From NCBI RefSeq assembly GCF_016433145.1, contig NC_058134.1:284072818-284136817 (forward strand): a stretch of 64,000 nt of DNA, read 5' to 3'. A program made the translations under genes and the position numbers. This DNA comes from Gracilinanus agilis (taxonomy: Eukaryota). The stretch's first letter is position 1, and each line of letters opens with the position of its first letter. Below are positions 48,590-60,259 of the stretch, piece by piece. A model generated the notes under the pieces. It had not been told where the DNA came from, did no database searches, and was given only the letters and a program-made list of their open reading frames with translations.

Positions 48590-49051
48590 TGTACAGTTTA
48601 TCTTCATATGATTCTGACAACTTTCTTTTATGAAACATCAAATTGACTTTCATCCCTGATAATCTGGCTTCAAGAAACCTTCTAACTGACCCTTGTCTCA
48701 CATGGACAATCAAGCATGCCATGACACCTTAGATAGCAGATATAATCACATCTTAAATACTCTTTTTTTGACTCAGTTTCTCCTTCTGTATCTAAGGCTA
48801 CTCCTGGGTATCCTAGTCTCTGTCTATTGCATTTAGGCCTTTCCCAGCCATGTTGTCTGTGGCTAGTGCATAATTCCTCAGTGGTTGCAGGGCCTATATT
48901 CTCCCCCCTTTCAAAATCTATATAAATACACTGTATTCTGTAGTTTGTTGGAAATCCTAGACTGTGCATCTTCCAACATTAATCTTCTTACCTCGATTAA
49001 AGATCCTTATTATAATTACTTTGGCAGTTCTCTCTTTTTTCAAGGTTGACA
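48590..49051 (+). mobile_element. Possible solo LTR
   Basis: TG...CA candidate ends, TATAAATA and ATTAAA in LTR order; no TSD found. Confidence 0.4.
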
Positions 49052-50216
49052 GTTGTAACACTTGTAATTTCTAGCTTTTCATTATTATTATTAACTTGCT
49101 AGGTATGGGGAAGACCACGGAGTTACAATAAGTTGCATCAATTATTTCAGATGTTCTAGTAAATTCTTTTGGACCTTTTGCACATCTTTCCCTACAGCTA
49201 GAATTTCCACTAAGAATCTCAGAATTTGATTTCTTTTTTCGTCTCTACAGACTTGATAAAGGAATACTCAGTTCTATAATACAAACACTCAGCCTAAATA
49301 GATATCAAGTAAAGAATAGACTTAATATTGCTAAACACAAAGGGTTTACCCCTGAGTCCATAAACAAGCATGATAATTCTCCTTACTCCTGTAGTTTCAT
49401 ACTCTAGGGAAGGGAATGTCTTTGAGGAATGCACAGATTTCTCATCCTCCAGAGCCCTCATTATCATAAGATAAAAAAATTCATTTGCTTTGGTTTTATG
49501 TATTATTTGATCTTACATTTTTCTCATGATTCCATTGCATTTAATATACATTTTAACCATTATGGTAGTCATGAGGCTTAATATGTTCTAGTTTTGGGAT
49601 AGGTGCTTTGTCCTTTCCAATCACCAGTGGCTCCTTAAACCTTTGTTGAGTTGGGAAGAGCTAACGTCAAACCCTGGCTCAGAAATTTATTATTTCTGTG
49701 ATTTTGGTGTGGAAGCAGATAAAGCCCCATTCTCCATCCTGTCTTCTCCCCAGGACCCTGCACTCACTTTAGGAAATATTAAGAAACATTTTATAACTGT
49801 ATTAGTCTAAAGTCTTTGTATTAATATGAAAGAGAAACTCATCAATCTTTCTCTATTAATGCCAAAATGAAAATCTGTTCCCTCCTCTCTGATCAGCCCA
49901 GTAAGGAATCCTTCCATGCAATAATTAGGATGATGGCTGGACAAAGGCAAGTGGGAAAGGCTCTTAGTTGATAGACCTTGACTAGATTAGGCCTATGAGT
50001 CACTGAGAGTGGTAGCCTCTTTTTCTATGACTTGAAAAGAGGAAATGAGAGGTTTTGGGAAATGATTCTCTAAGATTGAGTGATTTTTATTGATAGATAT
50101 ACTAAAATATTAGCTTTTACCTCATCCTGAGTTGTGTAATTCTCCTCTCTTATATTGTGAAATTTCCTTTATTCAAGAATATTAGAAGCATTACTTCAAA
50201 ATGTCTTGTATTAGAG

Positions 50217-50422
50217 CAGGAGTCGGCAACCTTTTTGGCCGTGAGAGCCATAAACGCCACATTTTTTAAACTGTAATTTCGTGAGAGCCGTACAGTGCTC
50301 ACAGTGTGCACTCCTGTATCAGCACCTGAAAAAAATGGACTTTATGGCTCCTGCAGAAAGAGCCATATCTGGCCCTCAAAAGAGCCAAATATGGCTTGAG
50401 AGCCATACATTGCCAACCCCTG
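50217..50422 (+). mobile_element. Non-autonomous hAT element, family A copy 2
   Basis: TIRs CAGGAGTCGGCAAC / ATTGCCAACCCCTG; TSD TATTAGAG/CATTAGAG (7/8). Confidence 0.92.
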
Positions 50423-50570
50423 CATTAGAGAGATATTTAAAGGCATGAGGTCATTTTTTGCTTATGGAGACCTCTCTCTAAGACCAGTGCCTGGTCTTAA
50501 AAACAAGGATAAGTTAGTGCATTTTTGGGGAGCATGCCTGTGCCTACAAGGTGGGGTAAGCTATTTTTTT

Positions 50571-50746
50571 AAACCCTTGTACTTCGGTGTATTGTCTCAT
50601 AGGTGGAAGATTGGTAAGGGTGGGCAATGGGGGTCAAGTGACTTGGCCAGGGTCACACAGCTGGGAAGTGGCTGAGGCCGGGTTTGAACCTAGGACCTCC
50701 TGTCTCTAGGACTGACTCTCACTCCACTGAGTTACCCAGCTGCCCC
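50571..50746 (-). mobile_element. Young SINE1_Mdo-type SINE
   Basis: Full body; TSD AGCTATTTTT. Confidence 0.93.
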
Positions 50747-51678
50747 CAGCTATTTTTAATTTAATAAAATGGGGAATATAGTAACACCTGCTTCACAGGG
50801 TAGCTGTGAGGATCAGATGAGCTGAATTATTATAAAGCACTTTGCAAAACAAAATATTATTGAAAACTTTATTATCATTATTATTTCTTGTTTGAGCAGA
50901 ATTTGCTGTTCTTTTCCCCTATAGTCAGTTATTGTTCACTTTTCTCAGTTTGAAAGCCTACATATTCTATGATCTCATTTAGTCCTGATACATTTTGCTA
51001 GAAAATAACTTCAGTGTTTTCTCCAAATAACCAATTTAATTTAGACAAATTTTATTGACTATTTAGTATATACAAAGGTCTGTGCTACATCTTCCAGAGC
51101 AACATATGAAGGTAGATAATAGATAAGCTCTTTGCCCCTAGGAGTTTCCTATCTAATTATGGTGGGAGCAAAGGTAGACACATAATTATAGTGCAAATTA
51201 AAACAAAAAGAATGCATAAGTGCAAAGGAGAACTATAATTAAGGTGTTATAGGATCTCTGAGAAGAGGCTGATACTTCAACATGGTAGAGACAGGGAAAA
51301 GATTATAAAAATCAATCAGGAAACCATGAGAGGAAATGACCAGAAGATTGATAAGTAAGCAAAGGTAGGGAAACTAGATATGGAATTGGAACAATAAAGA
51401 GTTGATGTTTAGAAGAAAGGAAAATTAAGAATAAAGGAGAGAATCTAGGCAAAAAATATTTGAAATTGGTATAGGCACTGACAATAAGGAACAAATTTAT
51501 TCTGGTGCTAAGGTATTAGGCTCTATGACTTCTAAAAATGTTCTAAGTGGGAAGATTCTGGATTCTATGGTTTTATCAATTGGAGATTTCCTGTTGCTAT
51601 CTTATGCCAAAGCAGGAATTAGTCTGATGGGTGAGTGTGCCTTAACCTACAAAGGAAGAAGGAGATAGATAGATAGAG

Positions 51679-51680
<2 letters not shown>

Positions 51681-51750
<70 letters not shown>
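51681..51750. repeat. (GA)35 microsatellite ~140 bp downstream of the OR stop
   Basis: Directly visible. Confidence 0.95.
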
Positions 51751-51753
<3 letters not shown>

Positions 51754-51892
51754 AGGATTCTCTTAGAATGGGAAAATGGACTGGGAAATTTAACTGGCTA
51801 GCCTATAGCTAAAGGCTGATTAGCAAGGAAAATAGCAAATATGCAAAATCTTTGAGGGTTTTTCTATTTGGCATTTTGACTTTAGTATCCTC

Positions 51893-52828
51893 TTATTGCT
51901 TCAAGAGAAACACAATCTTTTTAATTAAATTCTTAAAAGCTTCTATAACTTGCTTGTTCCTCAGAGTATAAATAAAGGGGTTCAACACTGGGGTGACAGA
52001 TGTTGTGAGTATGGATACCATCTTGTTCAAAGCCACTTCTTCCTTTGCAGAAGGTTTCATATACATGAAGATACAGCTGCCATAAGTGATGGAGACAACA
52101 ATCATGTGGGAGGAACAGGTGGAAAAGGCCTTTTGCCTTTGCTGAGCAGAGGGGAATCTCAGAACTGTCCTGAGAATGTAGGCATAGGACAAAACCACTA
52201 AGAACAAGGTAATGATGAGTGTCAACACAGCAAAAATTAAAACCATTCTTTCTATGAGCTCTGTATCTGAGCACACAATCTTCAGCAGGGGAAATGCATC
52301 ACAGCCAAAATGATCAATGACATTGGAGTCACAGAATTCCACTTGGAGGCCCAGGCTAAGTGGTGGAAGGATGATCATTAGTCCAGACATCCAGGAACTC
52401 AACAGGAGTTGGTTACAGACTTTACTGTTCATGATAGTTGTGTAATGCAGAGGTTTGCAGATGGCCACATAACGATCATAGGACATAGTAGCCAGAAGAA
52501 AGAACTCTGCTGCCCCAAGAAAAATTACAAAAAATATTTGGGCAAAACAAGCATTACGGGAAATGGTATTGTCCCCAGTTGATATGGTATAGAGGTACCT
52601 GGGAATACAGGAAGTTGTGAGTGATATTTCTAAGAAGGAGAAATTTCTAAGAAAAAAATACATAGGAGTTTTTAGGTAGGGATCTACCAAGGTGAGAATG
52701 ATGATGGTCAGGTTCCCAATTATACTCAACAAGTAGTTGAGAAACAGAAAGATAAAAAGCAAAACTTGCAGCTGTGGGTCATCTGTCAGACCCTGCAGGA
52801 TAAATGTTATCCCAGTGTGATTTCTCAT
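51893..52828 (-). CDS. Olfactory receptor family 6, OR6C subfamily (OR6C2/OR6C68-like), 311 aa
   Basis: True start is ATG at 52828 ([21 protein letters not shown]); the ORF-track start at 52912 is TTG. Motifs [49 protein letters not shown]; acceptor TGTGCAG at -26. Confidence 0.96.
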   Translation of the reverse strand: MRNHTGITFILQGLTDDPQLQVLLFIFLFLNYLLSIIGNLTIIILTLVDPYLKTPMYFFLRNFSFLEISLTTSCIPRYLYTISTGDNTISRNACFAQIFFVIFLGAAEFFLLATMSYDRYVAICKPLHYTTIMNSKVCNQLLLSSWMSGLMIILPPLSLGLQVEFCDSNVIDHFGCDAFPLLKIVCSDTELIERMVLIFAVLTLIITLFLVVLSYAYILRTVLRFPSAQQRQKAFSTCSSHMIVVSITYGSCIFMYMKPSAKEEVALNKMVSILTTSVTPVLNPFIYTLRNKQVIEAFKNLIKKIVFLLKQ

Positions 52829-55331
52829 CCCTGCTTTTTGAATTCTGATGTGCCTGCACACAGAATAGAGAGGAAGAGTTTCAGTCTGAAGAAGAAGATG
52901 GAGACAAAACAAGAATAATCATGGGATTCAATAGGAAAGAGAAAGCAAATGACTCATTTAAGACTTGTCTTAAAGATTTAGGCACCTTGTAATCCACTTT
53001 TTTCTAGTTTTTATCAGGATTGCTTCTATGTAGTTTAAAATGAATATCTTTTACCCTTTCAAACATAGTTTCCTAATGGAATCTCCTATTTTATCCATCT
53101 TTATCCTCCTCCACTTTTTTTAGGCAAAACATAGAGAATTTATTTTGGAGTCACAAGACTTAATTTCCAATCCTGGAAGTAATATTTACTTATTCTATGA
53201 TATGAGGAAGTGAATCTCTGAACCCAACATTCCTTTTCTATAATAGGAGTTGTGATATCTTTAATATTTACAGTTTTTTAAAAAAACATACTTTGTAAAC
53301 TTTAAATTTTAGTGATTATTATTACAGGTGTTTCTCTAGGTTGATTGACAACTATCTCCTATGATCCAGAAATTCTGATTTCATCTTTACATCTCTACTC
53401 CCCAGTATATGAAAAATTTCCCCATTATCTTTTTCTACTACACTCTCTCAAGGTGGGGTTAGGAACATCTGACATCAGATAGTAAGCAAGCTGGCTATGA
53501 GAAATATTGCAGACAAAATGGGTCTCTCCTGGCTCCTTCTTACTGCTGTTCATACTTATGATTATTTTTATCACTCAATGTTCCTGAGGTTTTCCCCTTA
53601 ATGTCTCACATATGTCCTGACAATGGCCTTCTGTACAATCTCTTCTGTCAATTTTTTTTTTGTGATATAAGTCTCATTCTTCAAGAATCTACTTTTTTGA
53701 AGCTGGCACGTCTCAGTTATACACTGGAAATCAAAAGGCCCAGTTTCAAATTCAGCCTCTGATTCTCAAAAATTGTTATCTTTGGCATTGTAGCTCATCT
53801 CTCAGTTTCTTCATTTGTTAAGTAGGGGAGCTGTATTAAGTTATTATTCAGGTCCCTTTGAGCTGTAAATCCCATAATCCTATGATAAATGAGTTCGCAA
53901 TAAGGTATGAAAAATGGTTTCTTCTAAGGAGGTAATTTCATCTCAAGTGGTGAATGAATTGCTTTTTTCCCCTAGAAAAATATAGAATTTTTTCTCCCTA
54001 CAAAGATGGATTGATATGTTTCAGGGTTTGTTGAAAATATTCTGATAGAATTTCCTATTCTTTTTTTTACTCAAATTCTGTTAATGTTACTTTTGTTCTC
54101 CCTTTCTAGTATAGTCAAATGAGCTATTTTAAGCTAAGTTTTTTCAAGTGAGTAACTCATATCACATGTATTTTTAAACAATGAAATTTTTGTCATAGGA
54201 AGACATTACCTTGTTGGAATTTTGGGAAGTAGTAATTTTTTTTTGACATAATAGTGTTTCTAAATGAAATCTTGAGAAGTGGGGGAGATTTTTCAACACC
54301 TCACATCATATAAACAAACACATAATCTACTGAACTTATGGCTGGCTCCATGATACAACTCTAATGAGAATATTAAATTTAACAACATTCCTATTCCATG
54401 TAGAATGTGACATCTCAGAAATGATGTCTGAATATTTCTCTGAAATGGCCGAAGTAATTTCTAAAATTTTGGATTTTGGAAACAGTCAGGTCTGACATTT
54501 GCTTTTGAAGGGACAGAGAAAATAAACATTTATTAAACATCTACTATGTGCCAGGCACCAAGTGCTTTACAAATAATATTTTATTTGATCCTCTCAATAG
54601 CTCTAGGAGGTATGTGATTTAAATAACTTTTTCAAGATCAAATAGTTAGTGTCTGAACATAGATTTAGACTTGAGGGTTCCTGACTTCAGGGCCAGTGCT
54701 TTATCCATTGCATCACCTAGATGTTTTTTCTATGAGGGAAATAGCCACATACATTTTATCTTGATAAATCCAAAAGAAGGAAAATTCATGACCTAACAGA
54801 TTCTTGTCATACTTACATTTCTGACAGTGCGTCATGGCATCAATGTCCAGAATAACCCCCAATTTCCTGGTGTGACACAAAGCTGTAAACGGACTGGATG
54901 TGAACAGTGATAGCATGGCATAATTGTAAGGACAGCTGGATTTGAGAAATTTTAGAAGTTACTAATGACCTATGTGATATTAGATAAATCACTTGACCTC
55001 TCTGAGTCTCAAGTTCTTCACCTGCAAAGAATAAGGCTGGGTTGGATGATCTCTAATGCCCTTTATAGGCTTAATTCACAGATCATATCTTTAGACATTT
55101 TTGTTCACATTATCACTGAACTCTGGGATCTAATGGTTATGTGTCAGAGTCCCATTTCCTAGAATACCCAAAGCCCCTGGGCTAACATCTCTCAGAAATA
55201 ACTCTAAATTGATTATGATCCTGAACCATTTTAAAAGTTGGAGATCTTGACATGAATCTGAAAAGAAGTCAGGACTTCTGGGAAAGGAAGGCAATGTCTG
55301 AACTCGTTTCTGTATCCTTTAGATGAGAAGG

Positions 55332-55627
55332 TGTGATATGCCTGGATAGGGAGATTGGTTTCCCTCATTTTATTTGCTTAGTTTGCTAAAAGTATTTAGG
55401 GAATCAATTACAACCACAAACACGTCTCTGTGGGGATTAAGATTTAAGATAAGTAATGAATCTAGTATATAATTAGCATTAGACAAAGAAACACTCCAAA
55501 CAAAACCCAACCAGCAATCCATAACTTTAAATATACAGTGATGGGGTTGGTGTCCCCATGGACTGGGAAATGCAGTAAAAGTGTGAGACACAATGCTCAA
55601 ACCATAAGAGGGATCAGAGGCCTGACA
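55332..55627 (-). mobile_element. Putative 3' LTR with upstream polypurine tract
   Basis: Minus strand reads AGAGAGAAATAAAGAGA|TGTCAGG...AATAAA...ATCACA. Confidence 0.45.
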
Positions 55628-55946
55628 TCTCTTTATTTCTCTCTATGTCATGTAAGGGACCTAATTTTTAATTCTGGGGGAGAAACTATAGAGAGAACAT
55701 CTTGAAATCGATGTATTTTGAATTTCATTCATAGGAAATTTCTTCTACTTGGGCAGCCTGTGACTCATCTATGACTTATTATCCTTTTTGATTCTTATCT
55801 TTGTGCTGCCATAGGTCCTCTATAGAAGACCTATCTAGTGAACTGGTATAACATTAACTATTTGTAGTTTGAGATTTGCTCCTATAATATGACATGTTTT
55901 CCCACAGCATTTTAAAGTAAAAACATAAAAAGAAATAGGTTCATTA

Positions 55947-56197
55947 TTTTTTTTATCTTATTCTTTATTTATTTATATTTTAGAATATTTTTCCATGGTT
56001 ACATGTTTCATGTTCTTTCCCTCTCCCCCAAACCTCTCCCCCCAAACCCTGTAGCTAATGCGCAGTTCCACTGGGTTTTACATGTTTCATTGATCTAGAC
56101 TTATTCCATATTATTGATAGTTGTACTGGGGTTGATCATTTAGAATCTACATCCCCAATCATATCCCCATCGAACCATGTGGTCAAGCAGTTGTTTT
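55947..56197 (-). mobile_element. Short 5'-truncated L1_Mdo-type 3' end
   Basis: TTTCCATGGTTACATG...CAAGCAGTTGTTTT; TSD TAGGTTCATTA/TAGGTTTATTA. Confidence 0.88.
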
Positions 56198-57029
56198 TAG
56201 GTTTATTACTAATATGAGAAGATACTGCAATTTAGCTTATAACAGAAAGCACAAATACATATAGATAAGAACAACACCAGCAATAATAAGAGAGAAAAGC
56301 TAACATCACTGAATGGAGGATATTCCAACACCTGAATATTCTTAGCTGGGAAGTCCCCTTTATTCATCATTTTGGGGTCCAATTCAGGAAAGTCATAGAC
56401 AAAGCATCCTTTCCATGGGTGAGACTTCGAAGTCCACTTTTCAGAAGGGAGTTTTTATTGACCTCAAAATGAAGGTGGCTTTTTGCCAACTGTAGTTTGC
56501 ATCACTGCTTCCAAGGTTCCAGTGACCCAGCCACAGTCTTGAGTCCCCAGAAGTGGCCAGGCAAAACATGTCTGAAAATTTAATCAGCAGTCATGAAGAC
56601 AATACATTCTATGAGACAAGGGTTAATCTCACAGAAGTATGTCTATCTTCCAGACAGAGACCTTGGGAAATTCTGAGAAATCTGGCTAAAGTTCAAAGTA
56701 GTCCCAGTCTCTGCTGGTAAATGTGAAGCTTATGATATACAACAGGGAAGATTTACTAAAAATTTACTTTAACTCTTCAACTGGAAGTCTTTTTCCATGT
56801 CTTTTACCATTTCATAGGTGCTAGTGCAGCTCTCAGGTTGCTAACTTTTGACCTTTTGGTTTCCTTCCATGACAACTTCCTTTTCTGATCATTTTCTGCA
56901 TACAATATTTTACAGCACTCCTTGCTCACAAGTTGTTGGTAATCTTTTGCAACCTACTTTAATGTGCTTTTTGTTTGAATCCTTTGCCCTTTAACTAGTC
57001 CAAATGTTTGATACATCATGAAGTTCTGG

Positions 57030-57835
57030 AATAATGTAACACAAACTCCTGCATAAAAATGATTGGGCAGGAAAAAAAGAAAAATATAAGAGAATAGGAT
57101 GAAGGAAACACCCAATTAATTATCATAACAGTGAATATGAATAGGCTGTATTCAATCATAAAATAAAAAAATAAAAAAGAGAGAGGAATGGATTAGAAAG
57201 CTGAAGCCAACCATGAAATGGTTATAAATAAAACACACTAGAAACATAAAGATTTACACAATTAAAATAAGGGAATGGAGAAGAATTTTTATGCTTCTGC
57301 TGAAGTAGACAGGACAAGAGTATAATCTTAAAAAAGCATTATTAAAAAAGATAATTAAAAGAGATAGAAATAGAATTCTATTCTATTCTACTAAAATTCA
57401 TTTTACTAAAAAATACCATAGATGATTAATACCAACAACAAATACATATGTGCCAAATGGCATAGTGTCCAAATACTTAAAAGAAAAGTTAAATGGAGTT
57501 TACCTAAAAGCTACAGGGAGAAATAGATAGTAAAATTTTAAAAGTAGGTGACCTCAATTTGTTTTTTCCAGTCCTAGAAACATCTAAATAAAATATAAGA
57601 AATTATGTCTGTGAGTAGAATTTTAGGAAAGTTTACTATGACAGAGTCAAGATTAATGGTTAGGAATTGAAAGGAGTATACATGTTCTCAGCTGTGCATG
57701 ACACTTTTATAAAAACAGAAGGATGGGTAGGTAAAAGGAAACAATCAAAATAAAAATGGATAATTTCATTAAATTAAACAACATACTCAATATTCTGGGA
57801 TGTAGTTAAAGAAGTACTTGAGGTGAAACTTCAGA
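57030..57835 (+). mobile_element. Old L1 fragment (endonuclease region)
   Basis: A-rich; AACAAATACATATGTGCCAAATGGCATAG (N.YAPN-like), GTAGGTGACCTCAAT (VGDxN), TTCTGGGATGTAGTTAAAG. Confidence 0.7.
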
Positions 57836-58472
57836 GCTGTTTTGATTCGTATTTCTCTTTTTACTGATATGGAATATTCTTTTATATTGTTGCTTATAAT
57901 TAGGGATACTTTTTCAGAACCATTTGCTTATTTTTTGATCACTTTTGAAGGATCTATTTTATGTCATATATTATTCTTGGTTGTCTATGTAGCTTGGATA
58001 TGCAACCATTTACTGAGAAAATTGATAATTCCCCTGCCCCCTCCACTTGACTACTTCCATTCTCATCCTACATGTACTAACTTTATTTGGCAAAAGCTTT
58101 TATATTTCCTATGATCAAAATTATATATTTCATCTTTGCTAAATACTTCTATCCCTTATTTGGTTAAGAATTCTCCCATAACCAATAACTGTGAGAGGGA
58201 TATGGTACTTTTCTTTCCTATTTTTTGGTATAATTCTTAATAGTAAAATATCATTTGGATTTTATTGTGTGATACATTGTAAAATGTTGGTCAATGCTTA
58301 CTTTCTGTCAGATTGCTTTTCAGTTTTACCCACAATTCTATCAAATAGGAGGTTCTTTTCTAGGTATTGTGTTTAAATATTTATTGAACATTGGTTTATT
58401 GAGTTCAACCATTTATAATTCTTCTTCATTTCACACATTCCATCATTCAAATTCTCTATTTTTTTTAATTTT

Positions 58473-58647
58473 AAACCCTTAACTTCTGTGTATTGACTTA
58501 TAGGTGGAAGATTGGTAAGGGTAGGCAATGGGGGTCAAGTGACTTGCCCAGGGTCACACAGCTGGGAAGTGTCTGAGGCGGGATTTGAACCTAGGACCTC
58601 CTGTCTCTAGGCCTGGCTCTCAATCCACTGAGCTACCCAGCTGCCCC
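58473..58647 (-). mobile_element. SINE1_Mdo-type SINE
   Basis: Full body; long TSD CAAATTCTCTATTTTTTTTAA on both sides. Confidence 0.93.
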
Positions 58648-58729
58648 CAAATTCTCTATTTTTTTTAACCAATATGAATGGTTTTGAGAAGTACTGCTTT
58701 ATAATTGTAAATAAATTTAATAGCAGCCA

Positions 58730-59699
58730 TGTTGGATCAAGCTTGATTGCCAGTTAACCTGCTTAGAATGCAGAATGAACTGAGGTGGTGTGAGCTTGGC
58801 ATGAACCTGGCATGAGCTAGGGGCAGTTGGAAATTACCTATATAAGGAGCAGATCTGAACTTCTCTTGGTCTCAGCCTGGAGATATTAGGCAAAGGAAGA
58901 ATAGGGACTTAAGCAGAGCTAATTCTCTCATTACAAACCAACTTCAACTAAGACTCATCCAACTATATCCATTAACCTCAGTTCTGGCTTATTACCAATA
59001 AGAAGATCTACACAAAGAAAATCCATCATCAGCAGAGTCAAGTCTTGACCTAGGGCTGGGCCACTCAGGCCTGGCCAGGCTATCAGCCATACAAAGATCC
59101 TTGATTAATAAGCATCATCTAAATATCCAACAACTAGCTATCAACTTAGATTAACATAGGATATCCTATTCCCCACTTTCCATCTTCTACCTCAATTTAT
59201 CTTTTCCCTAAACTCTACAAAAATTAAATCATCTTTCAAGAAGCCAGCTTCACTTGCCTGTGATTCTCAAAGTTCAGTGGGAGGCTTCAGTTGTCAAGAG
59301 TCCTGTGACAGTTAGGAAAAAGGGTTTTACTTTCAGTATTCCTTCAATCAAGATTTAAGGTTTAATCTGCAGTCAGAACAAGTTTATTTACTAATTAGTC
59401 TTCATAGACCTAACACCCAGGTCTATTAGCTTGTCAGTTAAGGAAATATAGCCATCTCCATCAACTTATCAGGGCTTCAGTTAAGAACGAGGGTCAATCG
59501 TGTTCCTCAATCAACTGATTCCTCAGTTCAGATTGCTAGCCCTGTTATACTGTTTTGATATCTTGGGATTGGAGTAAGGAGATTCCACACATTCTCATAC
59601 AGTACCAACTACATTTGGGATTGACCTTTTGGGATCACTACTCTATCTAGGTGACCCATTAGGATTTCACATCTCAAAAATCTCCAATTAGTTCCAACA
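58730..59699 (+). mobile_element. LTR-like element
   Basis: Inverted termini TGTTGGA...TCCAACA; TATATAAGG box near 58838; TSD not found. Confidence 0.5.
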
Positions 59700-60054
59700 C
59701 AACTCCCAAGATTTTCATAACATAATACAATCTGATATCTGAAAGTGTTAATTTTTTATTCATGCATTTTTCATTATTTCCCCTGACATTCCAGATATTT
59801 TGTTTCTGCAGAGGAATTTTTTATTTGTTCTATTTTGTTACCAATTGTATTTCACACAACTCTATAGAATATTTCTTTTTTCTTTTGGTTGGCATAGAAT
59901 TAAATCTCTAAGTTAACTTGATAGCATTGTCATTTTTATTATTTTGGTGTGGCATAGCCATAAGCACTGAATATTCCACCAGCAACTTAAGTTTTTTTTT
60001 TTGTCTACTTCAAAAGCTTTTTGTAATTAAAACTCTTAGGTAGATATCATAGTG

Positions 60055-60259
60055 CAGTGATGGGCAAACTACAGCCTGCGGGCCAGATGTGGGCCCCCTG
60101 AAATGTTCTATTCATCCAGCACAACATTATTCCTAATCTGACGAATACAATGAGTAGGATACAATACAATGAAACTTCAAAAGAGTTGCCTTAGAAACAG
60201 ACTGACAGATGAACATTTCATTTCCTTTGGTCCCTCTTTAAAAAGTTTGCCCATCACTG
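60055..60259 (+). mobile_element. Non-autonomous hAT element, family B copy 2, inside a MAR1-type SINE (~60035-60500)
   Basis: Perfect TIRs CAGTGATGGGCAAACT / AGTTTGCCCATCACTG; TSD not clean. Confidence 0.88.

Noticed and set aside
33320-51800. Additional OR pseudogene in the 18-kb gap
   Set aside because: No OR motifs (PMY, MAYDRY, STCSSH, NPFIY) seen by eye on either strand; a tBLASTn would be needed to exclude very decayed remnants
52829-52912. 28-aa N-terminal extension of the 339-aa ORF
   Set aside because: It starts at TTG and spans a pyrimidine tract and AG acceptor; the ATG at 52828 gives a canonical OR6C N-terminus
55947-57030. L1 template-switch chimera with a cellular RNA
   Set aside because: An 11-bp TSD flanks the L1 piece alone, so it is a simple insertion into pre-existing sequence
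57030-58700. Twin-priming inverted L1
   Set aside because: The two fragments converge 3'-to-3', which is not the twin-priming geometry; more likely separate elements
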